Counted from the whole stretch's first letter, positions 49,621-62,450 are shown. The stretch: 62,450 nt of DNA, filler included, from Choristocarpus tenellus KU-1152 (GCA_964200185.2; 10 parts of 10 records of this genome joined end to end with filler, not necessarily neighbours in it), one strand, 5' to 3'. A program made the numbers and translations. Notes: generated by a model not told the origin, from the sequence alone.

Positions 49621-50658
49621 AGTGCTAACATAGGATAAGATCCCATGGGTGGGCATTTCGACATTGGATTGGAGGATGTAGGGATGTGAATATGCAAATC
49701 GGAAAAGGTTACACAGATGCCGTTATATAAAATAAGGGCACCTCCCTCTAGGATACTTTCACCCGAATATAATATACTTGTGCCTTAAAAGCACTCGCCT
49801 TAAACGTGAATGAGCTATTTTTGGAGTACTGCCCAAAACACGCAAAATACAGAATAAAAATGCTTGTTATAGTCACTGCAAGAACCTGTTTTTCTAAAGG
49901 TAAGTTAGGGTCATGCCATAACAAGGATCACTCCTCCTGCCAAAAGAACAGTCCAGCTGCTACCTCCTCATTGAGACAATAGGATCCCATCACCCTACAT
50001 CATGCTTTACCACATCAATTTTTGCACCACTTGTTCACCTATCTGAATTGGAAGGCAAAGGTAACATTCTGAACAAGTCTGAAGACAAGTCAATTTGATG
50101 ACCAAAAAACCAAGTTTGTAGTCAAAAACACTTGATTTGAAGAATTTTCACAGAACAAGTGGTAAATGCTTTGAGGTGAAAATATTCACATTCCCTCTGG
50201 ACAAAAGATCTAACTAGAAAAATCTATGAATGATCACAACCTGCCCAACACCGCTTCACAGCAGTGCCAAACCACGATGACTTACACTTATGCAGTCCCC
50301 TCCCTCCCTGTATGTTCCCAGTCAACCAAAGGACTGCCCAACGTAAAAAAAATGCTTATTTTTAAATATACACATCCGTATGTTCTCTACATGTTTTTGC
50401 GGAGTATACCATGTTGGAGGAGCATTAAGCTTTATCTTGTATGACGATGAAGTTTTGTATTGTTCAGAATATATGGCCCCTCAAGAAGTATGTTAGTGAT
50501 ACCCATGTTGCTTATCAACCGAGTCAAATACTATCTGAAAGAAAATCATGTTTTAAGACCACCACCTTCAGATATGGTAATGTTAAAATTCGGAGTACTA
50601 GACTAGAGTAACATCTAATGAGAAGATATGGATGCGGAGACAAAATATCAAGTAGCAG

Positions 50659-50910
50659 TGGCACTTAACGAGAGGTACCTAGGTTTTGACCTTTTAGGTT
50701 TTAAGACCCTCAATCATCTTTCGGAATCCATCCTTAATTCTATCGAAAAGTGCTAAGATTGATTTGGGAGTGTAAATTTTTGTGTTGTTTGAAATTTTCG
50801 ACAGAATTAAGAAAATTCCTAGTACACATTTGTACCAAAGGCTGAATTATTGCACATTTGGCAGCACATCCCTAAAATGCATCCCTTGGTACTTCTTGTT
50901 TACTTTGGTC
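50659..50910 (+). mobile_element. MITE family C copy
   Basis: AACGAGAGGTACC near the left end and GGTACTTCTTGTTTACTTTGGTC at the right end are inverted matches; homologous to 48150-48412. Left boundary approximate. Confidence 0.7.
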
Positions 50911-51493
50911 GTCCATCATAATCGATGAACGATCCTTTGATTTGGAAACTAACCCTAACTCTGTTGATAAATAATGAACCCATTAACGGAAAAAGCAGCA
51001 GTCTAGAATATCATTTTCATCACCATGACAGCATTTCCACACTCTTCCATTTCTCACATTTAGTCCTGAGCAACTATTTGTCTTGAGCATGTATGTGATT
51101 CAATATTTCAAATGCTGGGCAACCATGTTCTTTTGAGTCGTTTCCTTGTACTTGGAAGACAGTCCAACAAACAGCACTCCAGTACAACATCATCAACATG
51201 ACCATCCTTTCGGCCAATACAAACCCCTTCAACTTTGATCAACAACAGACAAGACACGCACACAAATCAAGGATAAGCAAATTCCTTAAACTACCCCCTC
51301 CCCTAAACATAATGTACCATCACCCACTGGACTACAAGAGTTCAGTCACAAGCAAAAAACAGTAAAACACGCAAGTTTAAATCCCACAAAAAAAAACACT
51401 ACCAGCTTTCACATCCACAGTCCCTCCTAACTATAACGCTTAGAAATACCTAGTTGCGTGAGGCGCCTGTTACTCATCAAATTAAATCAACTT

Positions 51494-54400
51494 CTACTTT
51501 GGCATCCTTGGCAAAAAGAACATTACCCCAGCCCCCCATTCTGACTCTCTCCTGTTTTCCAGCTTAAGGTCACCCCCCATGGACCTCATCACATCCCTGG
51601 CAATACCCAAGCCCAAGCCGGTCCCTGGGATTCCACTCTGAATTGGTTGTTTTCCTCGAAAACCAGGCTCAAACACGAGGGGGAGATCTTCAGCCACTAC
51701 CCCTGGACCATTGTCCACCACATCAATCACCACCCCGCTGCAGTAAAGAACCGGAGGGTGAGACGGGTGGGGGGAGAATTGTGTTGGCTGTGGTGCATTT
51801 TTTGTTTGTTTGTTCAAGATGCATGCCATATAGGCTTTTAAAAACTTCAAGATTTTCTATATTAAGGCACACACAGTCTGTCTTCCCATCATCATCATGA
51901 GGAAGGCCTTAGGAAGTAGTCTTGACCTTTTTCTGTGTCGTGTTGGCTTCCCCCAACCTACAGTTTATGTTACCCCCAGCAACGCACATGGCAAAATTGT
52001 AGTGGGCAGGTTAAAAATTTGAAGAATTGTATGTATGTTTTAAAAGGGGTTGAGAGCTTGCAATTTGTGTGTGGCAGTGATGATAGTATGGTATCATACC
52101 AAGATGCAGCATTGTGGATGAAGGTTGAGGGAGGAGGAGATCAGGAGAGATTAATTGTGTGCATAAATTGGTAAAGACGTCCTAAGTCCCATAGATGCAT
52201 CTTTACTCTAGAAGCCACTACAGGATAATCACACTGAGAACGAGCATATGAATGGAGTATATCAAGACAAACTAACACTTCTGACCATGGTACAATATTG
52301 TAAAAATGGCCATCCCTAACCCTAACCCTAGGCACCGCTTCAACTACACTTCCCAAAGATTCCAGAATGGGAACAAGTTCCTCCTGCACACCCCTCAAAA
52401 AGAACCAGAAGCCATGAAGTGTCAATTAGTACAACAATGTCAGTCAGAGTAGGGGCAGGTGAGTCCCTTTTGATGCCGCTTGCTTGTTGGATATACTCTT
52501 CTCCAAATATTTCATTATGATACCTATGACGGTTGAGCAACTTCATAGAAATATCTTAACCAAAAAATGATGTGACACAGGCAGGACTTGCAGAATGTTA
52601 AGTTACCTTGGAGGAATTCAACCTCGACTTCTTTTTTGCCTGGAATCGACAGAAACATATCTCACTTGTCTGTGCAGTAGGCATTCCCCCACAGATTGGT
52701 ATAGAAAAACAAAACTGTTCAAGATGGAAGGAAACCTTCCAGGACAGAGCCACCACACTACTCTCTGTGGAGTGCAAGCAATGTAAGGGAGGGAAGGTCC
52801 ACGAAGACAGAATATCAAGTTCATTACACATGGTGCAGCCCTCACTAAAGAGAGATACCAAGTGATCGGCGTTGAGCGAGATTCAATAACAAAAACAGTC
52901 CTTCATGTGCACCTCCCAAAAAGAAGCAGAAGCCATCATTAACCAAGAAATGACACCATGCTCGTGAGACTATGAGGAGGGTTATGCTGTAGGATGGGTG
53001 GACCCTAATCACCAATCCAGATGTCGCTGAGGATCTTCACCCAGTCTTTCACCCATATCTGATTGGGGAAAGACCTTGCAGCTATATTCCCTAAGTTCTG
53101 CCTTTGTCCCTTCATATTTCGGCTCTTGTGAAACTGATTGCTAGCTCTTCAAAGGGAGAGCAAGAAAATCCTTGGGTATGAGTTATGTCAAACAAGCGAG
53201 AACAAGTGCAAGGGACTCACCTCCTCCTGTACTCACTCGCATTATGGCATTTCGTGGCAAATGACGACTTCACCTATTTGGAGGTATTCATGAGGGAAGG
53301 CCATTCTCCAACCTCCCTCATAGCTGATATCTAGACATGTCTCTATTTGTAGCGAGGGCTGCAGCAACCACGTGCAACTAGCATATATTCTGTCTTCCTC
53401 TCCATTTCCAAACAGAAGGGGTCTGTGCAATCTTCACATGATTTCTCCCTTACATTCCTCGCACTCCACAGAGAGTAGTGTGGTGGCTCTGTACTGGAAG
53501 GTGTCTTTCCATCTACATCAGTTTTGATCTTCTACCACTATCTGTGGGGGAACGACTGCTGCACAGACAAGGGGTGTTTCTGATCATTCCAGGCAGAACA
53601 CAACTAGAGATAGCACCTCCCCAAGGAGACCGTGATGTTAACCCTGGGGCCTCTGTAGGTAGACTACCCATTGATTGAGCATTCCCTCCAGAAGATACTC
53701 CAAAGTCAAGTATGAAACACTAGTACTCCAAGCAGTAGCAACAGAACTGATCAATGGATCACTGGATGTGTATAATCCCAATGTCAAAGTCAATAGGAGT
53801 GTTCAGTCCACTCTTTTCAATTTTGAAACAATGACAAAGGATCAACCAATGAGAAGGCAATTTTCAGCATGTACCTCCAATTTAATCCTTTCAATGTAGT
53901 ACTATATATTATCATCATTCTACAATCTACAACTACCTAAAAAGTTCCTGATAGAACATAGCACAAATATCATTTACGAATAGAGAGAGACTCCACACTT
54001 GAACAACTCAAAAACAGTGTGACCTGAATTTTGGACAAACACAGGCTCACTATTGTAACATAAACTTTTGTAAGCTCCGTTCTCGCCCAGGAACAACCCA
54101 TGTGATAAACTCTTTGGACAAGGTTCAGTTCTCATAGAGATTGGGAGGTGTGTGAAGTTTGAGATGGTGGGCGGCCATGACTGTGGAGGATCACCAGCGC
54201 CAAGTCGACCAAGGCATTTGACAAGGTTCGAAAACATCATGAAACTGTCCAAGCGGGGGTGGGTATATTGGGATACCTATGACAAAGTCTCCCTGTTGTT
54301 CAAGCAGATCACTCATGCCGTCGTCACCTGCCGGTCCCAATTCTTTGGACCAGAAGTCTGTCCAAGGTCCAGATTAAGCACCCTGATGAAGTACAAAGTG

Positions 54401-56791
54401 GTGGTGCAATGCCTGTAAGCGATAGGCCATTGTAGAGGACATTGGAATTTCCCGAATCACCGTGTACTGTAATCTGATGGAGTTTGACGACCAGATCACA
54501 TGGGGTGAATGCATGAACCTTCTATGACGTACATGAGAGGGTGAAAAAGTTCAAGTGGTGGAATAAGCCATCCTTTCAGACCAGCAGAGAGTCAACAGGG
54601 TGGGTTTCATCATCATCCACATGCACAGGAGGGGGGGAAGTGGGATATTAGTGGACCATTGATATGACTGGGTGCGTGTGGATGAGAAATGGTCTTACAT
54701 CCCAAAAGATGGGCAAGGAGTGCACCTGCACCCAACCAAGGACTCCCCAAACCCCCCCACCGGCACAGAATAAGCGTTACATTACAAAGGTGATGTTCCT
54801 TGCAGCTGTGACCCGCCATAGGAAGCTTTCCAACAGGGTGTGGTTCTATGGGTAAGTCGGGATATGGCCAATATACTAAGGTTGCTCAGCACTCCACCAA
54901 ACACTACCCCAAGGGGCACCACGGTACTTCTGCCAGCCATGGTGGTCGGGGAGAGGTATAATAAGCTCAATATCGAGAGGATGTCGTCCTGGCAATCAAG
55001 GCCTGCATGTATAGGCCAGGACAACACACCATCTTCATGCAGCAAGACGGGGCAAAGCCACACACCAAGGTGGAGACCATGGAGCCAATCGAGGAGGTGG
55101 CAGGGGACAATATTGTCACAGAGACCTAGCCAGTCAGCTCACCTGACCTCGACATCAACGACCTGAGATTATTTCATTCCATCCAGTAACTGAAGGAAGG
55201 CGTGAGGGTGACCAACACGGAGGAGCTGGTGAAGGCCACAATGGAGGCGTTTGATGTGTACCCCAGGGAGACACTAAACCACATCTGGCAGAGCCTCTTC
55301 GAAGTATACGGTAAAGTGATGGGGTCCACACGTGACAAGGTCTTCAAAATTCCCATCTTAGTAAGAAAAAGGCTGAGAAGGTGGGCAAGCTCCCCCCGAA
55401 TTCCCCAGTGGATTCGGCGAAATACCTCAATGGGATGGAGTTATGGAGGGCTTCAGGGGCGGAATCATAGATAGGTGTAGGCTGCCCCATTTTGCTTGAG
55501 ATTTTGGTGGACAACCATTTAGTGTCTGTACAATACACCCATTAAAATTTGAATGTGTGAAAAAAAAATCTCGCTTCTTCATAGGGGATGCAAAACTTAT
55601 GTTACATTTAATTCCAAATGGAGGAAGTACATGGTGTAGTGTATGTCCTAGAGTATGCTCTACAATAAATTTGAGTATGTAGTATGTAATATTAATACCC
55701 ATACGTAGACTAAGTACTTCTCACTGGTGAGAGCTAGAAGCAGGTTAGGTTTGTAAATTATTGTTCTGCTGAAGAGATGGCAAGTGACTGCAATTAACCC
55801 AATCCTCTCCTTTTACTCTCTGTTCTCTTGCTGGGGTCTTAGGAAAATAAGTAAGTGCATTGTTCTCAACTGAACCTATAGTCAGCGACAGATGCATCCT
55901 TCACTCCTGGCTAGACCCATGTCTAATGCCTCAGAAAGATAGTAAGGACTTGATACTGTATGGGAAAACAGCGAGTGGAGGCATGCTCTCAAAGAGCAGA
56001 TGTGGTGTTATTGGACAAGCTTTTCCCCTAACCCTAACCCCAATCCTTCACAACAACTACTACAATACATTAGTTCTAGCAAAAATACTAACCATGACAA
56101 TGATCAAAATATGAGGGTTTGACAAGATTGAAATTAAGCGTGGTAATACAACAAAACACATTAGCCTGATCTGTAGTCTCAAGGTATTGTTACACGTGAT
56201 CTACCCAATAATATCGCTATCTCCACAACCGTCTTACTTCCCACTTTTCAATTCTCACTTCTCACCTGCTAGGTCTTGTCATCCCTCCAGTGGTGTGACG
56301 GTGAAAATACAACCCTGTCTCTATAGTGAACCCTAACCCTAACCCTGAGGGTACTCAAATCAACTACAACAAATTAGTAACATAGGTACAGTCTTCAGCA
56401 TAAAAAAACAATTCTCTATCATGATAAGAACATATTGACTGTGATCAGGTACACAAACCACCATCCTTGTTACACCCTAACCCTACACCTCACTCACATC
56501 ATAGAGATATTAACAGGTGCCTCCTCTCAAAGGTACAACAGGTCTTTTTTGCCCAACATGTTCTAAATTATTATTCAATTGGTGTCACCTACTACCAATA
56601 TTATCATAGGTCAAAACTCTAGTGGAATACTGGTGTTAACACTATAACCTATGCTACTGTTCTTCAAACAATTTAATAGCTTACTTTCCTCGGCCCCAGT
56701 CTTCTTGTGAAGTCGGTCTTGCCCTCAGGATGACCATAGAACGTATACCCCTTCTTTGCCCCTTCTCTCCCTCCTCGTCCTCCTTCTCCCC
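51494..56791 (-). CDS. CSK: Histidine-kinase ATPase (HATPase_c) C-terminus, chloroplast sensor kinase / Hik2-like (exons >56791-56685 and 51737-51494)
   Basis: Last exon GVVIDVVDNGPGVVAEDLPLVFEPGFRG...GIPGTGLGLGIARDVMRSMGGDL contains G1, F and G2 boxes; RGxQ...IPGTGLGL resembles Hik2/CSK. The candidate upstream exon (SMVILRARP...WGRG AA|GTAAG) matches in phase 2. Orthology is inferred. Confidence 0.7.
52636..53600. repeat. Two diverged copies of an unidentified repeat in inverted orientation (~52636-52870 and ~53325-53600)
   Basis: ACAGAGCCACCACACTACTCTCTGTGGAGTGC (52743-52774) is the reverse complement of 53461-53492; flanking blocks also align. Confidence 0.75.
54160..55627 (+). mobile_element. 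Decayed Tc1/mariner transposon, plant-mariner (DD39D)-like, in the kinase intron
   Basis: YDWVRVDEKW, KRYITKVMFLAAV, FMQQDGAKPH, SPDLDINDLRLFHSIQ and EELVKATMEAF...KVFKIP motifs across frameshifts; right end ...TGGAGGAAG|TA. Left boundary uncertain. Confidence 0.88.
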
Positions 56792-57669
56792 NNNNNNNNN
56801 NNNNNNNNNNNNNNNNNNNNNNNNNNNNNNNNNNNTTAATTAATTAANNNNNNNNNNNNNNNNNNNNNNNNNNNNNNNNNNNNNNNNNNNNGAGGTATGA
56901 CTTAATGAGCTTGCGCCTCCTCTCATAGTCCACTCAAAAAACCTCCCCCTCCCCCTCCCCCCCCCCCGAGATGCTCAACACCTTCACTTTCCTCCTCACA
57001 ACTTTTGACAACGTAAAAAACCTCATCATTTACCATTCCCATTCTTTGGTGGACAGCCTCCATTGCCTAACCTTGGCCCATGTGGTTGTTGGCAATGAAC
57101 ATGTAGTACATGATAACCAGAACAAACGCTTGCCCCTCCAAAAGCTCACCTCCTCACACCAACCCTGACTTTCTCCTCTTGATTTTTGACATCAACTTTC
57201 CTAACCCCTTTGACCAATAATTGGGGCAGCATCCACCCTACTTTCCTTGCCGCTATATCCATCTTGACCTTTGCCTGATCTCTAGCCAACCTCCCCCTCT
57301 TGTTTTGCAACCTCCCCTCGTCTGCAGGTGCCTCTGAGGCTGACTCTATCCTGACCTCCTGTTTTATGTACTCTACGATTCAGGGCCTCCTTCCTTGGGT
57401 TATTGGTAACCTGACCTTGACTTTGAGTCAGGAAAATCTCCTAGACAGATACCTGAGTCTAGCGATTAGAGTCTACCAACTGCCCAAAACTTCGCAAACA
57501 GCGTTTCAAAATTTGATCACAAAGCGTGGCATCTCTTCTACTCAACTGTGTGCATCGGAAGCAAAGCCAAAGCCATTCTTCTACTCAATAAACGAAAAAC
57601 GAAAAACGAAAAACTAGAACATATGTCATACAGGTATCACAAGCAGTGCATTCCAAACTCATGCCATAC

Positions 57670-59746
57670 CTGGAACATCATCCACAAGAGAGAGACCACA
57701 CGTGCCACCTCCGCATATGCTCCAAACACACCAGGATTAGGGAGGAACATAAACCATCCCAAACAGGCCAGCACTGCCAGAACCTTCAAGCCCCACAACC
57801 TGTGTGTCCCCAGGATGGCAACAACAAACAAGGAACAGGAACGTTTGTGTGTGTACCATGAATGGATAACTTATCCAAATGATCCACAGCATCCAAAAGG
57901 GGGAAGTATTGTTGATTGTAAGGGGCTCCTGTGACTACCTCAGAGGGATACATGATTCAATTGCACCTGGAGTAGACGTAAGGCACTGCGCCCCCCATAG
58001 TGGCCATCAACAAAAAGTAGAAGAACAGTGTAGCACTTCCTCGGTAGACTACCTGTGGTTGGAAGCAGCAACAGACCAACAAGGACAAGGTAAGGACATC
58101 CAGAAGTGCTCCAAGTAATGATCGTTATTTAGTACTGTGAAGAGGTTGATCTCATTGAACCATTGCCGTGTGAGTTTATTGCTGTTCTGAAGTCAGACTG
58201 TGAAGCTGAGCAAACAAACAGTTGAAAGACTTCAAGAGGTGTAAGAGTATTATAGGATTTGACATTGTCAGACAGGCGTGATGCAATGGGAGGAGGAAGG
58301 AAAAAACATGGAAGGAAAAGGGCATCATACTATAGTATCATGCTACAGTATCATACTACAGAAGAGATGGGAAAAAAATAATGGAATACCGCAGTCAGGG
58401 CGATTTTTCATCAAAACCATTTCTGTCAACATAACATCCAGATACAATAATAAAAATATGTTTCAAGAACACACAAGCCACAATGAGATGGACAAAAACA
58501 GAAGAAAAAATTCTGGCAAAAAAAATTGTTGGAATTCCATACCCCAGCACATAACATGGTGCCACAGAGTACTGAAAGTGTTACAATATCAAGAAGTGCG
58601 ATTTATTTTATTTTATTCTCTTCAAGTGATCCATGCATACCCAAAATATTATACTTTGGAGTTGATCACAACGACTCTAGAAGAGGTGATATTTAAGTAG
58701 GAGAAAAGAAAAATCCTAACAAAGGCATACTTTTGTACAATACATCAATCTATCCCATCAAACAGCATTACAAGCACCATCCGAGAGACCTTCACCAGTA
58801 CCAATGGGAGAGGAAAATACCTGTGCTGCTTGGCAGATACGTAGATGGTCCTCATTGCAATTTCCACTAAGATCAACACTCCTTAGCTGTCCTGCATCCA
58901 CACACACACACACACACACACATGTTTAGGTGGTAGAGAGAGAAATAGTGTAAGGAGGTTGTAGAGGGAATGGGGACATTCAATATGAACACATCCAATC
59001 ATCTGCCCAACACTCCACAATGCCGATGGTTTTTGTATGGACTGTTGTTCTTCAAACTGGGGTTCACAACACGTTACTGCAGTAGCCTATTTAGCGTCAC
59101 ATCGAGGGAATTCGTTGTCTGCTGGAGGTTGTACACTGCGTTGAAACGAAATTGTGTTCATTGGAAACAGCTCAGTATCAATAGTGAGAAAACAATCAAA
59201 ATCCTGTCTACCTATTGGAGGCCCTTGAAACAATGTCAACAAAATATCAAGGAGCATCAAGGTTGTGATTTATACAGGGGTGGGAAATGCAAAGCCTCGT
59301 TCTCAGTTGCATCCCTTTGTCAGGACGATCAGAAGCAAAACATCTCAAGCACAGAAAATGAGATAAGAATCGTGTACAAAATACTTGTCACCCCCATCCT
59401 ATGCCCTGAAGTCCGATTTGTTGCCCCCCCATCTCTTCCAGTGAACTCTGTCGCCACACATATTGGCAGCCATAGAGACACTAAAGCTTACTGACGGAGG
59501 TGTAAAGTCAGCAACACACATATTTTCCCTCTTTACTTCGAGAGTTGTACAACTCGGCTGACGGGTACATACCGATAGTTCGAACGCACTGAATGCAGGA
59601 TAACGCATCGAAAACAGATATCCTGACAATGTGCTTCTACCTAAGCTCTGTAAGGTGTCAATCTTGTCGAGGACCCTGTCTGAACCCAGAAGATGCGCCA
59701 GGCCAAGGACGAGAACGGCGAGGGTGAAATGGGCCATCCGTGGTGC
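57670..59746 (-). CDS. SERINC: Serine incorporator (Serinc/TDE/TMS1) family membrane protein, internal exons 59746-59641, 58891-58821, 58052-57967, 57799-57670
   Basis: Phase-consistent splice gives RMAHFTLAVLVLGLAHLLG...CNEDHLRICQAAQVVYRGSATLFFYFLLMA...LWGLKVLAVLACLGWFMFLPNPGVFGAYAEVARVVSLLWMMFQ, matching the Serinc C..C...VYR, WxxK, PN and AR...Q pattern. Confidence 0.8.
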
Positions 59747-60779
59747 CTTGAAAGAGGAAGGGATAAATCCCTGCGAGGAGAAGACATTTTAGGGAGTGGA
59801 AGTTAAGAGAAGAAGTCGTGGGAGCTAAATTTGAACGAATATCCAAATCCTAAGCAATAGGCGAAGTCCTTCCCCTGGAGGGAATTCATTTCAATCTCTC
59901 AATCAATTCAACATAGAGCTATTCCTATATTGTCGTTGGATCAGCAAATATTCCATAGTACACCCTTAATTGATACGTCAATTTACCAAGCTTTGCTCAT
60001 CCTTCCCCAGCGCGACAGGGCCACGCACTAGAGCCGTAGAGACCGCTCAACTTCCCTCGTCAAACACAAAACCAAGCGAATAATCCCAACCACGGGTAGC
60101 TTAAGGGATAAGCACAAGTCAAACCCGACTTGTAAAATTGCTGTGTGGGCCTCCATCATTCAACATCAGGCCATAGGGCTTGGCGAGTCACTTGTGAGTT
60201 CCCCACTACTCAAGGTATGCACTTGTTGGAACGCGCCAGTAATCATCTTCGTTCAATTTTAACACCTTCCTCTGACCCCAGTCAAGGCAAATCTGATAGA
60301 TGTGAGGGACATGTATACTGCAAATATTTAATAATGGCTGGAGCAACAACTAGGTGCACTATTATTAGTTTCCTTTCCCACACCCTATGATATTCAACTA
60401 AGATGCTTACATTGATGAAGGAAATGGCTAAAAACAAAATTGAGACGGCGCCTTGGACAATAATAGAGAAGATCAGACCCATCCTCTTCAATACAACCCC
60501 TCAACTTAAGGACCTTGGTTGATAAGGGTACAGATTCTTCAGCTTTGACCCCACCTAACCACAAAAGAATACACTACTACTACTATTGTAGAGTTGTACA
60601 GTTGAAGTACGCTCTGTTTGCGAGTCCTATTCCACTCTCTTTTTTCTCAACATAGGATGTTGAGGTAAGACGTATGTTTCTCCGATATACGGTATTATGA
60701 TACGTTGTTTTATAGGAGTTTGTGATGTCAAGAATTAGAATGCACTAAGTCGAAAGGGTATCAGGAATGTGCAGTTAAA

Positions 60780-62210
60780 TAAGGGGACCAGGTCTGGCTC
60801 CGAGTTAGAGTCATGGATACGTAGGGTGGAGTGGAAGGTCGGAGAATGGGACGCCCTAGCCTGTGGGGTAGGGTAGATGAGATGAAGGTTCTGGCTAGAA
60901 TATGTGATGAAAAAGGTTAATTTTGGAGGTAGTGGCTGCATTGAGATGGGAAATGAGTTCACTAGGGGGGAGGTGGAGGCACTGGTGGGTGAGGGAAGTG
61001 AAGATTTGGTTTAAAAGAGTGGGATGGGTGAGTCATAACTTCCGTGAGGGTATGTAAAGAAGGATTTGGACCAGGATGGTACGCAGAATGGAGGAGACAG
61101 CACCAGAGGTAATGTGGAGAATCGTGGAGTCGACATGGCAAGAGCAGTCCCCATCATAATCCCCGTAATAAGCAAGCAACACGGTGCTCGGAACAAGCAC
61201 TTCCCAGAGATGCATATATTTAATCGAGGAAGTGGGCGGGTCCCTCAGACCAAGGTGTTACCATCTATGAAGAGGGAAGAGTTACTAGGACCACGATAGC
61301 AAAGATGGTTGGATGTAGTCCTTAGGATAGTGACGGTTTCGAAGGGAGTGGAACGTACACCTCCAGCAACAACACAGTTAGGGCTAGCCGAGATGGAAGC
61401 TCAAAGGGGGTGGTGAACCCATAGTAGGGCAGGAGGTGTCACTGAGATTCAACAGTCAGTCTCTCCCACCAGGGACCCTAATCCCCGCCCCCCTCAACAA
61501 CCATACCCACCTACACTGGAGTCATGCATCCTCTGCATTTCCCTGTTAAAATCGTCAGTACATCCTTTTGCCTGCCCATATTCCCTTGATCAGGATTTTG
61601 CCTCTGCCCTATAGGTCTGTCCCCATCCCCAACACCCCATCCTGTGCCCCACCTTCCATGCCACAGCCTCCAAAAAATATTTCTATGCTGGTATATGGAA
61701 AGAAGTGTGGGACCCAAGGCTGTCATCCAATCTATTCACACTCGATCACCCTTTGCCCCTTTACAATCTCGCCTTTCATTGGTCTTCATCCTGAGCCCTT
61801 ATCCCCCAGTCCTTCTCCCTTTGTTCCCTCCGTGTCCAAGACATCTGGAGTCGCTCCCCCCTGCCAATTGGGACAATCTCCCTTGTGCTGCTCCCTCCAC
61901 CCCACCGGCTTAATGAAAAAAAATACCAACTACCCTTTTACATGCCCTCATGGCAGCTATCACTCACCCATCATAGCTCTTTTAACTACACCTACACTGC
62001 CCTCACCCACCAGCGCCTCCACCCTTAGGGACCTTGTTGCCTGCCTCAGTGCAGCCACTATGGTCCAAATTCACTTTTTTTCACCACACATCCCAGGCGA
62101 GAACCTCACACCACCCACCCCACCTCACAAACCAGGGGCCCTCTCCTCCCACCTTCCACCAACCCTAAGCATCCATAACTCGGACTCAGTGCCCAACCTT
62201 TGCTCCTGCT
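60780..62210. repeat. Two diverged inverted copies of a repeat, probably retroelement-derived (~60780-61200 and ~61760-62210)
   Basis: GGTGGAGGCACTGGTGGGTGAGGG (60972-60995) pairs with CCCTCACCCACCAGCGCCTCCACC (62000-62023); collinear similarity over several hundred bp. Confidence 0.7.
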
Positions 62211-62450
62211 GTGAGTTCACCCTAGAGAGGGCTAAATACATACCCTCCCACGACCTAGAACAACTCCTGGACACATAATCACTTTTTGTGGCTCAACTTG
62301 GTGATTTGACAATGCACAATGGCAATGATTCTGTTGCTGGAAACCCCCTCCCACCGTTCCCCACCTCCCTCTCCCACGTGCCCCCACCCCATCCCCAGGA
62401 AAGGTATCACCATCTTCCATCGCTCCCCTCCCTCTCCCCCCCTACCATCC

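Noticed and set aside
52335-52383. Extra kinase exon EELVPILESLGSVVEA
   Set aside because: Its phase-0 donor does not match the phase-2 last exon, and no N-box exon lies between; the exon ending at 56685 fits better.
7159-62450. Functional gene cluster linking the FNIP, ZGRF1, NOT1, ankyrin, CSK and Serinc genes
   Set aside because: Most lie on different contigs joined by artificial spacers and have unrelated functions; only FNIP-ZGRF1 and ankyrin-CSK are truly adjacent.

Overview
Eukaryotic, intron-rich, TE-rich draft DNA. It is most likely a brown alga or close photosynthetic stramenopile; this is inferred from the FNIP-repeat style, a spliced nuclear Hik2/CSK-like kinase and the TE complement. 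Nine identical 100-nt spacers (N44-TTAATTAATTAA-N44) join ten contigs, so adjacency across spacers is not reliable. Host genes reconstructed by hand from GT-AG junctions with matching phases: an ARM/HEAT-like protein (3 exons), an FNIP-repeat gene with a late TGG>TGA stop, the 5' half of a ZGRF1-like gene (DUF2439, no GRF zinc finger), one CNOT1-like exon, a >2000-aa WD40 + ~39-ankyrin protein, the HATPase end of a chloroplast-sensor-kinase-like gene, and four Serinc exons. Mobile DNA: a copia 3' end, a chromodomain-bearing gypsy with a nested solo LTR, two 5'-truncated RLE (CRE-like) non-LTR copies, a decayed hAT, a DD39D-type mariner, a fold-back MITE, and three related GAG...CTC MITE families. 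One of these families has 4-bp TSDs (Sola2-like) and a copy nested inside another copy. The best candidate for novel biology is the WD40-ankyrin gene: it carries internally the capping segment that normally ends NACHT/NB-ARC-pentapeptide-WD40 STAND receptors, followed by a giant ankyrin array and a possible C-terminal CxC lipidation motif. Its N-terminus is lost in a gap.
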